From an uncultured Desulfobacterales bacterium (GTDB lineage: Bacteria > Desulfobacterota > Desulfobacteria > Desulfobacterales > CAJINA01): a DNA stretch of 64,000 bases. Shown here piece after piece: positions 55,476-64,000 of the stretch. Within the stretch, counting starts at the first letter, position 1. The number at the start of each line of letters is the position of its first letter. The translations under genes were made by a program, and so were the position numbers. The stretch spans positions 16,154 to 80,153 of the forward strand of contig CAZYGG010000004.1 of the NCBI GenBank assembly GCA_964647585.1. The letters are read 5' to 3'. Under the pieces are notes generated by a model that saw only the letters and a list, made by a program, of their open reading frames with translations, was not told the origin of the DNA and ran no database searches.

Positions 55476-56725
55476 TCCAGTATCCTTTGCTCAGTATCAA
55501 GATTAAACTTGTAAAAAGGTGTCTGCATGGATTCCGCCAACGCCATGACCTGTTCCACGGAACTGTCACCACGGGCTTGGGCAAACCCGGCATTTATGGA
55601 AAAGAAAGCCCCGGGTTCAGGCTGAACAGCGGCAATTGTGCCGGCGTTCATCGCCCCGGCCAGCTTGGCGCAAACCTGCCGCGATTGTTCCATATCCGTA
55701 TGGGGCAGCTGAATCTGGATTTTATCAGGCGGTAGATAGATACATCTGTCCGCCCCGCGAACGTTGGACTGGATCTGATCAGCCAGTGTCTGCAGGGCTT
55801 TTTCAGCGCCGCTATTGTCCAGTTTCTTCCGGATTTCGTCCATATTATCAACACTGAGTATGACCACGGCAAAATCTCCCGGATAGAGCTGGTCGAACGA
55901 ATCGTTTGACGGCTGATCAGCGGTCACTTCCGGTCCGCCCCCGCTGTCATCGGCCTCCTGGAGAAAGCCGGTGATGGCCGGATCCTGCGCATCGCGGATC
56001 TCAGCGGGAGTACCCTCGAAAAATATCCGCCCGCCGTCCAGCATGGCCACCCGGTGTGAAATTTCAAAAACATCCGGCACATCCTGGCTGGTAATAATCG
56101 CCGTAAAGCCCATCGCATTCTGGCATTCAGCGATGAGGCTGTATACCGCGTTCTTACGGATGGGATCCATGCCGGCAGCCGGTCGGTCAAACAATACGAT
56201 TTGCGGTCCGGTTACAAGCGCCCGGGCCAGAATAACCGTTTTATTTGCCTCGCCCGACAGCTGAAAAGGAAAGTCGCGGCCCACCGGACCCAGCTCCAGC
56301 CGGTTGATGATGTCACTGACCCGCTCTCTGACTGCGCTCTCCGACACCCCCGCCTGCTCTCGCAAAGGCAGAGCAATGTTTTCAAATACGTTCAGGGCGT
56401 CTAAGAGAGCTGTTTCCCGAAAAATAGGACTGCACACCTGGGGCCAGGGTGTCCCGGCCCCGGCAGTGTCAGGTGACAATGCCTGGCCGTCATACACAAC
56501 CCCACCGCTGTCCGGTTTCATCTGACCGGCAATGTGGTTTAAAACAATGCGCTTGCCGGCGCCTTGCGGCCCAACCAGTGTGGTTATCTGACCTTTATAT
56601 ACATTCAGGTTGAGGCCATTGAGAACAGTCAGGTTACCGAAGCTTTTATGGACATCTGTAAATTGAATCAGCAGTGGTTTCATGGGAATCCTGTTTAAGT
56701 TAAAGTCAGGGACTTGTTTGGGCAA
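55472..56725 (-). CDS. MlaF-like ABC ATPase with degenerate catalytic motifs, fused to a degenerate GGDEF-like domain
   Basis: Walker A 'GPQGAGKR'; signature 'LSGEANK'; Walker B 'VLFDRP'; H-loop 'ITSQD'. The C-terminal 160 aa are colinear with GGDEF ('FAVVILSVDNMDEIRKKL...RGADRCIYLPPDKIQIQL...SINAGFA'). Confidence 0.75.
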   Translation of the reverse strand: MPKQVPDFNLNRIPMKPLLIQFTDVHKSFGNLTVLNGLNLNVYKGQITTLVGPQGAGKRIVLNHIAGQMKPDSGGVVYDGQALSPDTAGAGTPWPQVCSPIFRETALLDALNVFENIALPLREQAGVSESAVRERVSDIINRLELGPVGRDFPFQLSGEANKTVILARALVTGPQIVLFDRPAAGMDPIRKNAVYSLIAECQNAMGFTAIITSQDVPDVFEISHRVAMLDGGRIFFEGTPAEIRDAQDPAITGFLQEADDSGGGPEVTADQPSNDSFDQLYPGDFAVVILSVDNMDEIRKKLDNSGAEKALQTLADQIQSNVRGADRCIYLPPDKIQIQLPHTDMEQSRQVCAKLAGAMNAGTIAAVQPEPGAFFSINAGFAQARGDSSVEQVMALAESMQTPFYKFNLDTEQRILE

Positions 56726-56999
56726 AAGTCCTGTTATTCTACAAATTTCTGCAAAATTATATGGAAAAGACCCCTGAGTGTCAAGGTGAATACAAATCCT
56801 TTGGCGGTCGGGAACGCTTTTGAAGCAACCCGGCTGCCGGAAAATCTGCCCCGCCGGCGTATCCCCTGTAAAACAGGCCGGACATCTGGTTCCCGCCCTT
56901 CATTTCACCAGGTAAAATTGCATAATTTGACTTTAATATCAGATTGATATAGATAATTGGAGATAGCTTCATGAAACAGTCAACGTCGAGGTTCTTGAA

Positions 57000-57668
57000 T
57001 TGGGCCGTACATTCAAACGGCAACTCATCGTTTTCACCCGCTTCCCTGTAGCGGGCGTTACCAAAACCCGCCTGATCCCCACATTGGGAGCCGCCGGGGC
57101 CGCTTTATTGCAGCGCAAGATGACGGAGCATACGCTCAAGCACGCCGGCCGCACCCGCATCACACCAGAGCCAGCCGTCGAAATCAGATTTGAAGGCGGG
57201 AACAAAGAGCGGATGCGGGCCTGGCTGGGGGACACCTATCTCTACCAGCCCCAAGCAGGCAATACCCTGGGAGACCGAATGGCATCCGCCTTGGGGGACG
57301 CTTTTCAGAACCGGGTCGATCAGGCGGCCCTGATCGGTACGGACATTCCGGGCCTTACATCCGCAACCCTGGAGAGCGCTTTCGACAGCCTCGGGGAAGC
57401 CGATGTGGTCCTCGGGCCGGCCAGTGATGGCGGGTATTACCTGATCGGGATGCATTGCGGGGCATTTCCGGCAGCCCGGAAACTGTTTGTAAACATGAAC
57501 TGGGGCACAGACAGCGTTCTGGCCGATACACTGGAAATTGCCGCCATTTCAGGATTGCGTACCCGACTGCTGGAAGAACTGACCGATGTTGATGTCCCCG
57601 CTGATCTTTCGACCTGGGAGCAGGAAGTAACGAATCCTGGCCCTGAGGACCAAGTTTTTAAAGACTGA
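57000..57668 (+). CDS. DUF2064/TIGR04282-like nucleotidyl/glycosyl-transferase family protein
   Basis: 'LIVFTRFPVAGVTKTRL', 'ALIGTDIPGLT', 'DGGYYLIG'. TTG start is uncertain. Confidence 0.65.
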   Translation: MGRTFKRQLIVFTRFPVAGVTKTRLIPTLGAAGAALLQRKMTEHTLKHAGRTRITPEPAVEIRFEGGNKERMRAWLGDTYLYQPQAGNTLGDRMASALGDAFQNRVDQAALIGTDIPGLTSATLESAFDSLGEADVVLGPASDGGYYLIGMHCGAFPAARKLFVNMNWGTDSVLADTLEIAAISGLRTRLLEELTDVDVPADLSTWEQEVTNPGPEDQVFKD

Positions 57669-57752
57669 ATAAACAACCACGCCTGAAACGGGTGGTTTAC
57701 GTTTGTCGCTGGTAAACTTTGGGGGGGCCGTTTCTAATATGAAGGGGTGTAA

Positions 57753-58616
57753 ATGATGCTTACTGTTGACCTGTCAGAATCGACGCTGGAACGCGCCCAA
57801 AACCCGTCTCTTTTTTTCAGAAACCATATGGCTGAAAATGAAAAGGCCAGAATGGTCATTGTCCATGGTCTCGGCGAGCATTCCGGACGGTACCTGGCCC
57901 TGGCGGATCATCTGGCCGGTCTGGGATTTTCCCTCTGGATTCTTGATCTGAGGGGCCACGGAAAATCCGGCGGCGACAGGGGTCATGTGGACGCTTTTGA
58001 TGATTATACCCGGGATGTCCGGGAAATTCTGGATCAAGCCCTGATCGACAAACCAGCCAGAACGCCGGTTTTCCTACTGGGACACAGTATGGGGGGGCTG
58101 GTCGCCATCCTGGTTGCCCTTGAACACCAGGACTTGATCGACGGCCTGGTTCTCTCATCACCGGCTCTGGGCGTGGCCACACCGCTCCCCGCCGTTAAAA
58201 AAATTGCGGTCACATGCCTGGCCCGGCTCTTTCCCCGGCTGGGCATCAAAAATGAGCTCGACCCACAGAATGTGAGCCGTGATCCGGAAATCGTAAAACA
58301 GTACATCGCGGACCCACTGGTTCACGACCGGGTTTCGACCAACTGGTTTATTCAATTTTTAGGCGCCATTGAAAAAGCCTTCGACCGGGCAGCGGAGATT
58401 CAATTGCCAATCCTGGTTCAGGCCGCGGGAGAAGACCGGCTCGTAGACACGCACGCCGTGGAGGCATTCTTCGAAAAACTGACCATGCCGGACAGGGAAT
58501 TGAAGGTTTTCAGTGATCTTTACCATGAAATCTACAACGAGACTGAACCGGATCGGGAAACAGTCATCGCTGCTCTGACCAGCTGGTTGACGGACAGGAT
58601 ATGTGAAAGTGCATGA
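57753..58616 (+). CDS. alpha/beta hydrolase (lysophospholipase/monoacylglycerol lipase-like)
   Basis: 'VHGLGEHSGRY', 'GHSMGG', 'GEDRLVD', 'LYHEI'. Confidence 0.8.
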   Translation: MMLTVDLSESTLERAQNPSLFFRNHMAENEKARMVIVHGLGEHSGRYLALADHLAGLGFSLWILDLRGHGKSGGDRGHVDAFDDYTRDVREILDQALIDKPARTPVFLLGHSMGGLVAILVALEHQDLIDGLVLSSPALGVATPLPAVKKIAVTCLARLFPRLGIKNELDPQNVSRDPEIVKQYIADPLVHDRVSTNWFIQFLGAIEKAFDRAAEIQLPILVQAAGEDRLVDTHAVEAFFEKLTMPDRELKVFSDLYHEIYNETEPDRETVIAALTSWLTDRICESA

Positions 58617-59266
58617 GCAGATTCAAAGCCATCATTTTTGACCTTGACGGAACCCTGCTGGACAGCCTGGAAGACATCGCCGACTCCATGAACCTTGTTC
58701 TGAAACGCGCCGGTTTTCCGCCCCACCCTGTTGAGGCCTACAAATACTTTATCGGCGACGGGATGGATGTTCTCGTAGAAAGAGCCCTCGGACCGGAAAA
58801 CACACGCCCGGCAGTGATCTCCAAATGCCTGGCCGCCCTGCAAAAGGTATACAGCGAGCACTGGGCCGCCAAAACCCATCCCTATCCCGGCATTGCGAAT
58901 CTTCTCAACCGGTGCGAGGCCATCGGGCTAAAAATGGGGATTTTATCCAACAAACCGGACGATGCCACCCAGGCGACTGTCGACCATTTCCTACTGCCGG
59001 AAATATTTGCGGCCATTCACGGGGCGCGCCCGAACATCCCTAAAAAGCCGCATCCCCTGGGCGCGGAATTGATGGCCGGACAAATGGGGATGGAACCTGA
59101 GGAATGCATCTTCCTGGGGGATATGCCTGTAGATATGCAAACCGCCGTGGCGGCCGGAATGTATCCGGTCGGGGCTCTCTGGGGCATGCGGACAGCCCGG
59201 GAACTGAGCGCGGGCGGGGCAAAAATGCTCGCCGTCACACCGGCTGACCTGGCCGAATGGTTGTAA
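58613..59266 (+). CDS. HAD-superfamily phosphatase (phosphoglycolate phosphatase-like)
   Basis: 'IIFDLDGTLLDS', 'ILSNK', 'FLGDMPVDMQTAVAAG'. 4-nt overlap with the upstream gene. Confidence 0.8.
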   Translation: MSRFKAIIFDLDGTLLDSLEDIADSMNLVLKRAGFPPHPVEAYKYFIGDGMDVLVERALGPENTRPAVISKCLAALQKVYSEHWAAKTHPYPGIANLLNRCEAIGLKMGILSNKPDDATQATVDHFLLPEIFAAIHGARPNIPKKPHPLGAELMAGQMGMEPEECIFLGDMPVDMQTAVAAGMYPVGALWGMRTARELSAGGAKMLAVTPADLAEWL

Positions 59267-59268
59267 AG

Positions 59269-59298
59269 AGTCTTGGCCAGAGGACAAAGCTTTAGATT
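59269..59298. repeat. degenerate REP-like element, copy C
   Basis: 'AGTCTTGGCCAGAGGACAAAGCTTTAGATT' begins 3 nt after the HAD stop and is colinear with copies A, B and B'. Confidence 0.35.
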
Positions 59299-59357
59299 AA
59301 TTCAACAGAGGGTGTATAACCAGAGCACTCTGTCGTAGCTTGGCCGGATTCAGGTGG

Positions 59358-59385
59358 ATAGGCTATAGGCATTTAGGCGGTAGGG
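59358..59385. repeat. tandem heptamer-like repeats (TAGGCnn)
   Basis: 'aTAGGCTA TAGGCAT TTAGGCGG TAGGG'. This is an inverted counterpart of 59461-59495. Confidence 0.5.
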
Positions 59386-59460
59386 AAATCCCGGGAAATG
59401 GCTTTTAGCAATCAGCTCTTGGCGGTTAGCGATCCTGTATTACATTGTTTTTTGCATTTC

Positions 59461-59495
59461 AGCTAAAAGCTAATAGCCTACAGCCTAAACACCTG
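59461..59495. repeat. tandem heptamer repeats (AGC(C)TAA)
   Basis: 'AGCTAAA AGCTAAT AGCCTAC AGCCTAA ACACCTG', about 70 nt upstream of the NUDIX gene. Confidence 0.5.
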
Positions 59496-59562
59496 GAAAA
59501 GTCTCACCCGACACTGCCAAATGTCTCTGGCTTGGCATGGAGATTGAGTTTATGGTGACTGC

Positions 59563-60012
59563 ATGAGCGCATCCGACCCACGCTATCCACCGGTCCCCCG
59601 CGTGGCGGTGGGCGCCTTGGTAATCAAAGGCGGGGCGGTCCTGCTGATCAAACGCGGCAAGGCCCCTTCGAACGGTAAGTGGGCCATCCCCGGGGGTAGC
59701 GTTGAACTGGGCGAAACCCTGCAGCAGGCGGCGGAAAGAGAAATTTTTGAAGAGACCGGGATTCGCATCCGGGCCGCCGAACCGGTGTATACATTCGATT
59801 TTATCGAACGCAACCGGCACAGCCGTATCCGCTTCCATTATGTCATTATCGACCTCGCGGCCGAGTATCTCAGTGGAAGGATCAAACCGGGTGATGACGC
59901 TGACCAGGCCGCCTGGATACCATTTGCGGAATTAGAAGACCTCGATATGAATATAAAAACCCGCTCTTTTCTGGCCGAGTATCTCCAGAAAGGTAAAACC
60001 AGTGGAACATGA
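59563..60012 (+). CDS. NUDIX hydrolase
   Basis: Nudix box 'GGSVELGETLQQAAEREIFEETG'. Confidence 0.85.
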   Translation: MSASDPRYPPVPRVAVGALVIKGGAVLLIKRGKAPSNGKWAIPGGSVELGETLQQAAEREIFEETGIRIRAAEPVYTFDFIERNRHSRIRFHYVIIDLAAEYLSGRIKPGDDADQAAWIPFAELEDLDMNIKTRSFLAEYLQKGKTSGT

Positions 60013-60556
60013 CCGCATAAAATGGAATAAAAGGTATCTGGAAAAGGATACGGGGGAGATGATCCCCGGAATTGTCCGTGACTACATCGACCGGGCGACG
60101 GTAGGCCGGGCCCTTGATATTGCCTGCGGTACCGGGGCCGTCAGCCTGTTTCTGGCCAAGCGGGGCTATACAGTGGAGGCGGTGGATATTTCGGATGTGG
60201 CCCTGGCAAGTTTGGCTGCCCGGCACCCGGCCATACAGGGCGTGTGTGCCGACCTGGACTCATTTCATTTAGCCGTCGGCCGCTACCGCCTGATTACCAA
60301 TATCCGGTATCTGAACCGCAGACTTTTTCCCCAAATCATTGCGGCCCTGCAGCCGGGTGGCATGCTGATATTTGAAACTTTTTTGAAATCGCGTAAAAAA
60401 GAGATGGACGGGGGGTTCAAAAGAGAATATTTGCTCGATGAACAGGAATTGCCGCATGTGTTTGCATCCCTGAACATCCTTTTTTACAAGGAATCCGACA
60501 GCGGGAGTGCTGAATGCCCCCCCCGGATGGCATCCCTGGTGGGAGTAAAGCCATGA
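60002..60556 (+). CDS. class I SAM-dependent methyltransferase (TehB-like)
   Basis: 'ALDIACGTGAVSLFLAKRGYTVEAVDIS', 'LQPGGMLIFETF'. Overlaps the NUDIX stop. Confidence 0.75.
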   Translation: MEHDRIKWNKRYLEKDTGEMIPGIVRDYIDRATVGRALDIACGTGAVSLFLAKRGYTVEAVDISDVALASLAARHPAIQGVCADLDSFHLAVGRYRLITNIRYLNRRLFPQIIAALQPGGMLIFETFLKSRKKEMDGGFKREYLLDEQELPHVFASLNILFYKESDSGSAECPPRMASLVGVKP

Positions 60557-60753
60557 AGCCACGCACAGCGTTGACGATTACCGAAAAAGAGGCCCTGGCA
60601 AGCTACCTGGCAACCATTCAGAAAGCGGCGGAAATTGAAGAATACGAAATAGCCCTGACCGCCATGGAGAGCCTCAAGCAGATTTTTCTCGAAAAACTGA
60701 TGATCATCCACCATGGCACTGACAAAGACAGCAAATTCTTTAGCTCAGACTGA
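60553..60753 (+). CDS. small hypothetical protein (66 aa)
   Basis: ATG 60553 overlaps the methyltransferase stop (ATGA). Helical, charged sequence with no recognised family. Confidence 0.4.
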   Translation: MKPRTALTITEKEALASYLATIQKAAEIEEYEIALTAMESLKQIFLEKLMIIHHGTDKDSKFFSSD

Positions 60754-60765
60754 TTTGTTTTATAC

Positions 60766-60798
60766 CTTCAGTCTTCAGCCTAAAGCCTAAACGACCTG
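60766..60798. repeat. tandem heptamer repeats related to 59461-59495
   Basis: 'CTTCAGT CTTCAGC CTAAAGC CTAAACG ACCTG' ends 8 nt before the plsB ATG. It shares 'AGCCTAAAC(A/G)(C/A)CTG' with 59481-59495. Confidence 0.5.
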
Positions 60799-60805
60799 AC
60801 TAAAT

Positions 60806-63406
60806 ATGCCTGCTAAATCAAACTGGATCATAAGGTTCCTTAAAGGCACCTACAACCACTACAGCATGGAGCTGCCGGAAAAACCCGGCTTTCTCACCGG
60901 CTTTTTCCTGAAACGCTTCTTTTCTGGCGTAAGCATCGAAAAAGAGCAGGTGGCCGTCCTCAACAGCCTGCCGGAAGACGCAATCATCGTCTATGTCGCC
61001 AAACAAAAAAGCCGTTTTCAATACCTGCTGTATTACATGCGCTACCGCCAACTGGGACTGCCCTATCCGACCCTGGGATTTTACTACAGTATTTTTTTTC
61101 TGCAGCCCGTCATGCGGCTGCTGCGCATCATCCTGGCCGGCACGTTGCGTCTTTCGAAAAAACGGGAACTGCTCTCGCCGCTGGATAATGGCTACCTGGC
61201 CGGCGAACTAAAAAATGGAAATACGGCCTTCCTCTCCCTGGTCAGCAAACGGGATTTCCGCCGGCGTTTCGTCAAGTCGGCCACCGACCCACTGGCGTTC
61301 CTGCTACGCCTCCAACGCGACCTTCGCCGGCCCGTGATCCTGGTGCCCCAACTGGTTTTCTTCGGCCGCCAGCCTTTGCCGGCAGTGCCTTCGCTGGTAG
61401 ATGTCTTCTTCGGACCGGAACAAGATCCGGGCAAATTAAGGCGCCTAGTGACCCTATTGAAGAACCCCGGCAAGAGCTTCATTGAGGTCACGGATCCCGT
61501 GAACCTCCAGGTGTTTTTGTCCGACCTGTCCCCCCCAGACGTCTCCACCGGACAGGCGGCCCGTATGTTGAGACGGCACCTGCTCACCCAGGTTAACCAA
61601 CACCGCCGGGCCATTACCGGACCGGTCCGGCGCACGGATACGGAACTGAAACAGAACATTCTCATAGGGGATGACATCCAGGCGTATATGCGCAAGTACG
61701 CCGAAAGGCGGGACAAGTCCCGCTACTGGGTACATGCCGAAGCATTGGCCTACCTGGATGAAATCGCGGCCAAACCCAACCCGGCGGTTATCAAGGGCGG
61801 GGCCATAGTTGTACGCTGGCTGCTAAACAGCATGTTCGAAGGCGTCTCCATCAACACCCAGGCCCTCAACAGTATTAAAAGCCATGCGCGTAAAGGGCCG
61901 ATTATTTTCATCCCCTGCCACAAGAGCCACCTGGACTCGCTGCTTGTGGCGCACATTCTTTACCGGAACAATCTGCCCGCGCCCCTGTTTTTTGCCGGAC
62001 GCAATCTCGCCTTCTGGCCCATGGGCGCTATTTTCAGGCGATTGGGCGCCTTTTTTGTCCGCCGCTCGTTCAAAGCGGTCTTTTACGCCAAGGTGCTTTC
62101 CGAATACATTCGTAAAATTATCGCCAATGGTCACAATATCGGTGTGTTCATCGAGGGCACCCGCAGTCGCTCCGGAAAACTCTACGCCCCCCAGTTGGGC
62201 ATGCTGACTATTTTGCTAAACGCGGTTAAAAGGGGAGCCTGTGAAGACCTCTCCTTTGTACCGGTGTTTATCGGTTACGATCGGGTCCCTGAAGAGCAGG
62301 CGTACCTCAGCGAAGTGGAAGGGCACACCAAGCCGGCCGAAAGCCTGGAACAGATGGTAAAAGCCCGCAAGATCCTGAAAAAACGCTACGGCCGCATCTA
62401 CGTAAACTTTCATGAACCCTTCCTGCTCAGCGACCTGATGAGGGCCCAGAATCTGACTGTCGAAAAACTGGCCGGCAAACAGCAAAACTTGTTTTGCCGC
62501 TACCTGGGTCACCGTATCCTGTCAGCCATCAACACGGATAACGTGGCCACCCCGCATGCCCTGGTGGCCTGCGCAATCCTGCACAGTGATAACCAGGTAT
62601 CCCAGGAAGAACTCGACTTCCGGACGGAAGCCGGTCTGGCGCACCTTACCTCACGCCGGGTTCACTTCTCGGATTCGCTGGTGACCAATCCGGATGGGGC
62701 CCTTCACAACTCCCTGGTGGATTGCATCAAACGGAAAATCATCGACCCCCAGGGCCTTGAAGGTGAAACTCAGGTATCGGCGACCTTCTATCGCATCAAT
62801 CCCAAGAAACGGACAGAGCTGGAGTACTACAAAAATACCGTGATTAACCTGTTTATTCCCACGGCATTTACCGCCCTGCTGATCCGCGCCAAGGATGCGT
62901 TTCAGTTTTCCGCGGCCGACCTGCATGAAAACTATTCTTTCCTGCAGGACCTGTTCATCAATGAATTCACCCCCGACCCGGATCGTCCGCCGGCGTTCCT
63001 GGTGCGCAAAACCGTTAAAGCCTTTATCGATGATGCCATTATTATCCCGCACCCCACCCTGCCGGACACCTACAACATCACTGCATCCGGATATAAAAAA
63101 CTGGTGTTCTTCGCCGGGCTCCTGAAGCCCTTCTTTGAATCGTATATGGTGGCCCTGGACTACCTGAGCGGCTCCGCGGAGGAAGACCGGGACAGGCAGA
63201 AAACCGCTAAAAAAATACGCAGTCTCGGTCAGAAAATGTTCAAGCACGGCGACATTACCCGCAGAGAATCTCTCTCGGTGCTCTACTACACCAATGCCGT
63301 CGACAGTTACGCGAAAAACGGCCTCAAGGGCCCCCGGGGCGCTGAAAAGTTGTCACAGTATAAAAAAAATATTACCCTGTATCTGAAAATTCTTTCAGGA
63401 GGGTAA
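60806..63406 (+). CDS. plsB: glycerol-3-phosphate acyltransferase PlsB-like
   Basis: Acyltransferase motifs 'PCHKSHLDSLL' (HxxxxD), 'FFVRRSF', 'FIEGTRSRSGK'. At 866 aa it is in the size range typical of PlsB. Confidence 0.85.
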   Translation: MPAKSNWIIRFLKGTYNHYSMELPEKPGFLTGFFLKRFFSGVSIEKEQVAVLNSLPEDAIIVYVAKQKSRFQYLLYYMRYRQLGLPYPTLGFYYSIFFLQPVMRLLRIILAGTLRLSKKRELLSPLDNGYLAGELKNGNTAFLSLVSKRDFRRRFVKSATDPLAFLLRLQRDLRRPVILVPQLVFFGRQPLPAVPSLVDVFFGPEQDPGKLRRLVTLLKNPGKSFIEVTDPVNLQVFLSDLSPPDVSTGQAARMLRRHLLTQVNQHRRAITGPVRRTDTELKQNILIGDDIQAYMRKYAERRDKSRYWVHAEALAYLDEIAAKPNPAVIKGGAIVVRWLLNSMFEGVSINTQALNSIKSHARKGPIIFIPCHKSHLDSLLVAHILYRNNLPAPLFFAGRNLAFWPMGAIFRRLGAFFVRRSFKAVFYAKVLSEYIRKIIANGHNIGVFIEGTRSRSGKLYAPQLGMLTILLNAVKRGACEDLSFVPVFIGYDRVPEEQAYLSEVEGHTKPAESLEQMVKARKILKKRYGRIYVNFHEPFLLSDLMRAQNLTVEKLAGKQQNLFCRYLGHRILSAINTDNVATPHALVACAILHSDNQVSQEELDFRTEAGLAHLTSRRVHFSDSLVTNPDGALHNSLVDCIKRKIIDPQGLEGETQVSATFYRINPKKRTELEYYKNTVINLFIPTAFTALLIRAKDAFQFSAADLHENYSFLQDLFINEFTPDPDRPPAFLVRKTVKAFIDDAIIIPHPTLPDTYNITASGYKKLVFFAGLLKPFFESYMVALDYLSGSAEEDRDRQKTAKKIRSLGQKMFKHGDITRRESLSVLYYTNAVDSYAKNGLKGPRGAEKLSQYKKNITLYLKILSGG

Positions 63407-63514
63407 GCGGTACCGGCAATTATTTCATCGAAACCACCCACTTCAACCATTGTAATCAATGCAGTTTCAGTCTATCATTAGCTTGGTTTTGATTATCACC
63501 GTAGGGAGGAACCC

Positions 63515-64000
63515 ATGGAAGAACTCAAAATGGAAGCACTCAAAAAACAAATGGATTTATTGCAGGCCCAGATCACCGCTGCCAGCAACCGGCTTCCGGA
63601 AAACAAGGTTTCCATAATTGTGTTCAGTGGCGATTTGGACAAAGCACTGGCCGCCTTTGTGATTGCCACCGGGGCAGTGGCCATGGGGATGGATGTGGTC
63701 ATGTTTTTCACCTTCTGGGGGACACCGCTGTTGAGAGACAGCGCGAAAAAGGCAGGCGAAAAGGATGCCATGAGCACAATGTTCGGCGCCATGCTCCCAT
63801 CCGGTGCCAAAGATGCAAAGCTGAGCAAGATGAACATGAGCGGACTGGGCACTGCCATGATGAAGTCCCTGATGAAGAAAAAAAATGTCAGCTCACTGGA
63901 AGGGTTTATAGAACTGGCCGAAGAACTCGGCGTACGCATCTTTATCTGCGAAATGTCTATGGATTTAATGGGTTTCAAACGTGAAGAGATGATTGACTAT
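63515..64000 (+). CDS. DsrE/DsrF-like family protein (3' end beyond window)
   Basis: ATG 63515 follows a GGGAGGA RBS and the frame is open to the window end. 'VSIIVFSGDLDKALAAFVIATGAVAMGMDVVMFFTFWG...IFICEMSMDLMG' follows the DsrE-like pattern. It is absent from the ORF track because it has no stop. Confidence 0.55.
   Translation, partial: MEELKMEALKKQMDLLQAQITAASNRLPENKVSIIVFSGDLDKALAAFVIATGAVAMGMDVVMFFTFWGTPLLRDSAKKAGEKDAMSTMFGAMLPSGAKDAKLSKMNMSGLGTAMMKSLMKKKNVSSLEGFIELAEELGVRIFICEMSMDLMGFKREEMIDY

Noticed and set aside
56970-57050. 26-codon upstream ORF (ATG 56970 with GGAG RBS) overlapping the DUF2064 start.
   Set aside because: It is too short and unconserved-looking to call. It may be a leader peptide, or it may indicate a mis-set start, but there is no evidence either way from the sequence alone.
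63496-63978. 160-aa minus-strand ORF at the window end.
   Set aside because: The plus strand carries an RBS-preceded ATG (63515) opening a DsrE-like protein that runs off the window. The minus ORF is its mirror frame (Ser/Ala/Pro-rich, no motifs).
1-64000. Search for CRISPR arrays, transposases, integrases, prophage or toxin-antitoxin modules, and rRNA genes.
   Set aside because: No repeat-spacer arrays were found; the only tandem repeats are 7-nt units in 4 or fewer copies. No ORF carries DDE, tyrosine-recombinase or serine-recombinase motifs that I could recognise, and no rRNA-like sequence is present. tRNA-Gln is embedded in a conserved housekeeping context rather than an island junction.

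Overview
This 64-kb chromosomal segment has gene content and synteny typical of a sulfate-reducer-type Deltaproteobacterium (Desulfobacterota, Desulfobacterales-like). That assignment is inference only; no rRNA is present. About 60 genes are tightly packed, with no transposase, integrase or CRISPR array. The core blocks are: a complete dcw cluster (mraZ-rsmH-ftsL-ftsI-murE::murF-mraY-murD-ftsW-murG-murC-ftsQ-ftsA-ftsZ, 18.7-34.9 kb); a cytochrome-c-associated Rnf operon (37.0-43.7 kb); rluD-carD; a K+-independent-type H+-PPase; pth-rplY-prs-tRNA-Gln-ispE; serA; an Mla-like operon; and plsB. The first 18 kb is more accessory. It holds a cNMP/PilZ protein, a Zn-ribbon/class III cyclase/STAND/TPR protein, an orphan biosynthetic cassette, a two-component pair and a frameshifted GAF-GspE ATPase. 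Five leads stand out. (1) An unrecognised cassette at 4.9-9.8 kb: class-I isoprenoid-synthase-like protein, SPASM-like radical SAM enzyme, Nif11-like small protein, GGR-type flavoprotein and a secreted hydrolase. (2) An atypical Rnf complex whose RnfC lacks the canonical NADH/FMN motifs while RnfB is fused to a GltD-like NAD(P)H flavoprotein. (3) An MlaF-like ABC ATPase degenerate in all four catalytic motifs and fused to a GGDEF-like domain that keeps only the RxxD I-site. (4) A histidine kinase with Asn in place of the phospho-acceptor His. (5) Several families of structured intergenic repeats and unassigned GC-rich or hairpin-rich blocks. All family assignments rest on motifs read from the supplied translations; no database search was possible.
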